Origin: Paludibacteraceae bacterium
GTDB lineage: Bacteria > Bacteroidota > Bacteroidia > Bacteroidales > Paludibacteraceae
Length of the DNA: 64,000 nt
NCBI GenBank assembly: GCA_017527495.1
Contig: JAFXPY010000004.1
Coordinates: forward strand, 7,102 to 71,101
Reading direction: 5' to 3'
How positions within the stretch are numbered: the stretch's first letter is position 1; the number at the start of each line of letters is the position of its first letter. The notes under the pieces are model-generated. The model did not search any database, was not told the origin of the DNA, and was given only the letters and a program-made list of their open reading frames with translations. This document shows, in pieces, positions 61,853 to 64,000 of this stretch. The position numbers and the translations under genes are program-made.

Positions 61853-63052
61853 ATGTTAATATATTTTTTGTTAGTTCGTATTGCGGCATTGTTCAACGAG
61901 AAGGCACGCAAATTGTCAGAGGGCGAAAGTCGGGCTCTTGACTATTTGCGCAAGCATATAGACAAAACTCAGCAATATGTCTGGTTTCATGTAGCTTCGG
62001 TAGGTGAGTTTGAACAAGCTCGTCCTATAATGGATCGTCTTCGCAAAGAGCAACCTGACAAAAAAATCTTGCTCACCTTTTTCTCTCCATCGGGTTACGA
62101 ACTCAAAAGAGGGTATAAAGGTGCCGATATTATCACCTATCTGCCATTTGCGACAAAGAGTAACGCAAAAGAATTTCTTGATATAGTCAATCCTATACAG
62201 GCCATATTTGCAAAATACGAGTTTTGGCCTGCATACCTCAAGGAACTTCACAAACGCAACATACCAACATTCGTTTTCGCTTCTATTTTCCGCCGTAGTC
62301 AGTTGTTTTTCAAGTGGTATGGCAAGTCGTATCTGAATTTGCTCAATTATTTTACAAAGATTCTTGTGCAGGACGAGAATTCAAAATCATTGCTTGCCGA
62401 GTTCGGTGTAAACAATGTTGTTGTCGCCGGCGATACGCGTTTCGATAGAGTAATTGAAATAGCAGGTCAACCAAAATTCAATACCATAATCGAGGAATTT
62501 AAAAATGTAGATGACAAACCGATGCTTATTGCCGGAAGTACATGGTGGCCAGACGAAGAACTGCTAATCAGATATTTCAATAAACACCCTGATTTCAAAC
62601 TGCTTATTGTCCCGCATGAGATAGATAAAGACCATATTGATTTGCTCAGAGATGTGCTTGGAGGCAAAGCCTTGTTCTATACCGAGGCAACAAATGAAAA
62701 TATTGTGAACTATCGTTGTTTAGTGCTTAACACTCTCGGAATGCTCTCAACGGCATATCGTTATGGTAATGTGGCGTATGTTGGTGGCGGTTTCGGTGCC
62801 GGCATACACAATACTCTCGAAGCTGCGGTGTATGGCATTCCGGTCGTCTTCGGTCCGAAATACAAAAAATTTCGTGAGGCAAGAGGCCTGATTGAATGTG
62901 GAGGAGCTTTTTCAATCAAAAACAAGCAAGAACTCAATAATATCTTAGACCAACTACTTGCCGACGGCGAGGCTGAAGGCGAAAAAGCCGGACAATATGT
63001 CGAGCAACAAAGAGGTGCTGTCGAAGTAGTTTATAAAGAACTTTTTTCATAA
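61853..63052 (+). CDS. waaA: 3-deoxy-D-manno-octulosonic acid (Kdo) transferase
   Basis: ORF 61823..63052 begins on a TTG that lies inside the -7 box (61818-61825); trimmed to ATG 61853. WFHVASVGEFEQARPI.. and a C-terminal GG.....HN.LEA motif are typical of WaaA/KdtA. Confidence 0.82.
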   Translation: MLIYFLLVRIAALFNEKARKLSEGESRALDYLRKHIDKTQQYVWFHVASVGEFEQARPIMDRLRKEQPDKKILLTFFSPSGYELKRGYKGADIITYLPFATKSNAKEFLDIVNPIQAIFAKYEFWPAYLKELHKRNIPTFVFASIFRRSQLFFKWYGKSYLNLLNYFTKILVQDENSKSLLAEFGVNNVVVAGDTRFDRVIEIAGQPKFNTIIEEFKNVDDKPMLIAGSTWWPDEELLIRYFNKHPDFKLLIVPHEIDKDHIDLLRDVLGGKALFYTEATNENIVNYRCLVLNTLGMLSTAYRYGNVAYVGGGFGAGIHNTLEAAVYGIPVVFGPKYKKFREARGLIECGGAFSIKNKQELNNILDQLLADGEAEGEKAGQYVEQQRGAVEVVYKELFS

Positions 63053-63064
63053 AAAAACAATAGA

Positions 63065-64000
63065 ATGAAACCATCAATTCCAAAGGGTACGCGCGATTTT
63101 TTGCCACTCGAAATGGCAAGACGAAATTATATATTCAATACGATTAAAGACGTTTTTTCCCGCTATGGCTTTTCTCAGATAGAAACGCCGGCAATGGAAA
63201 ATCTTACCACACTGATGGGTAAGTATGGCGAAGAGGGCGACAAACTGCTTTTCAAAATACTCAATTCAGGTGATTGGGCAGGAGGGCTTACAGACGAAGA
63301 AATGCTTGCAAAGAATAGTGTGAAACTGACAAATCGTGTTTCTGAAAAAGGTCTGCGTTATGACCTGACTGTGCCTTTTGCGCGTTTTGTCGTTCAGCAT
63401 CGCGACCAGATTCAATTCCCTTTCCGCCGTTTTCAGATACAGCCCGTGTGGCGTGCCGACCGTCCGCAAAAAGGTCGCTATCGTGAGTTCTACCAGTGCG
63501 ATGTCGATATTATAGGTACCGACTCATTGCTTTGCGAACTCGAATTAATACAAATCGTACAAGATGTGTACGCTGCATTGGGTATCAATGTGTGTCTCAA
63601 ACTTAACAATCGCAAGATACTTGCCGGAATAGCGGAGATTATTGACGAACCGGACCGACTGATTGACATAACGGTTGCTATAGACAAACTCGACAAAATA
63701 GGACTTGAAAATGTAGAGAAAGAACTGCTCGAAAAAGGACTGACACAAGACAAAATTGACGCTCTCAAACCAGTTCTCTTGCTTGAGGGTAGCAACGAAC
63801 AAAAATTAAACTCGTTGCGCACCATTCTTGCCGAATCGGAAATCGGATTGAAAGGTGTTGAAGAGGTTGCTGCAATTCTCAATTATTGCAGACAAACGGC
63901 TGTAGAACTAAATATCGAACTCGACCTCACGCTTGCGCGAGGATTGAATTATTACACTGGTGCTATCTTTGAAGTTAAAGCTCTTGATGTAGAGATAGGT
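63065..64000 (+). CDS. hisS: histidine--tRNA ligase (partial; C-terminus beyond window end)
   Basis: Absent from the ORF track because there is no stop in the window. ATG 63065 gives [47 protein letters not shown]... and then [27 protein letters not shown] (class II motif 2). Open to 64000 (312 codons). Confidence 0.88.
   Translation, partial: MKPSIPKGTRDFLPLEMARRNYIFNTIKDVFSRYGFSQIETPAMENLTTLMGKYGEEGDKLLFKILNSGDWAGGLTDEEMLAKNSVKLTNRVSEKGLRYDLTVPFARFVVQHRDQIQFPFRRFQIQPVWRADRPQKGRYREFYQCDVDIIGTDSLLCELELIQIVQDVYAALGINVCLKLNNRKILAGIAEIIDEPDRLIDITVAIDKLDKIGLENVEKELLEKGLTQDKIDALKPVLLLEGSNEQKLNSLRTILAESEIGLKGVEEVAAILNYCRQTAVELNIELDLTLARGLNYYTGAIFEVKALDVEIG

Overview
This is a Bacteroidales-type chromosomal segment. 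The evidence is a SusC/SusD pair, TAnnTTTG -7 promoter boxes in front of most transcription units, a PG0541-type RND accessory gene and a T9SS-like C-terminal domain. I support 44 protein-coding genes, two of them truncated by the window edges and absent from the ORF track, plus one tRNA-Ser(GCU) and one probable gene remnant. Most content is housekeeping: murA-murB behind a BadF-type sugar kinase, murI, dnaN, rnr, folE, eno, hisS and waaA. There is also a small pectin PUL (SusC/SusD/PL1) with a separate GH28 gene, and a TetR-TolC-MFP-RND-PG0541-EptA gene string.

Four things stand out.
1. A tandem pair of paralogous secreted proteins (40500-43464) sits directly upstream of NfeD-SPFH. Each has a Ca-loop domain, a Tyr/Trp/His/Pro-rich segment and a ~225-245 aa basic Thr/Ser/Arg/Asn low-complexity tail.
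2. The string 57909->50996 contains a small PUA-like protein, a 1698-aa alpha-2-macroglobulin-like protein with no signal peptide and no thioester motif, and a 352-aa HUH/Y1 (RAYT-like) transposase homolog. A 43-bp palindrome-bearing repeat occurs both inside that last gene and in its leader.
3. Four long non-coding regions (2593-3494, 16411-17050, 37561-39035, 46653-47259) are built from a shared mosaic set of short GC-stem hairpins and AT-rich modules, present in both orientations. They resemble REP/BIME or MITE elements.
4. Period-7 and period-8 tandem repeats occur at many gene ends and intercistronic gaps (GTGAGAA, GAAGATTT and GATTTAAC types). They place stop codons in all three frames and in three cases encode the last residues and the stop of the upstream gene.

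No CRISPR array, integrase, prophage or recognisable defence system was seen. All homology statements come from motif recognition by eye, not from searches.
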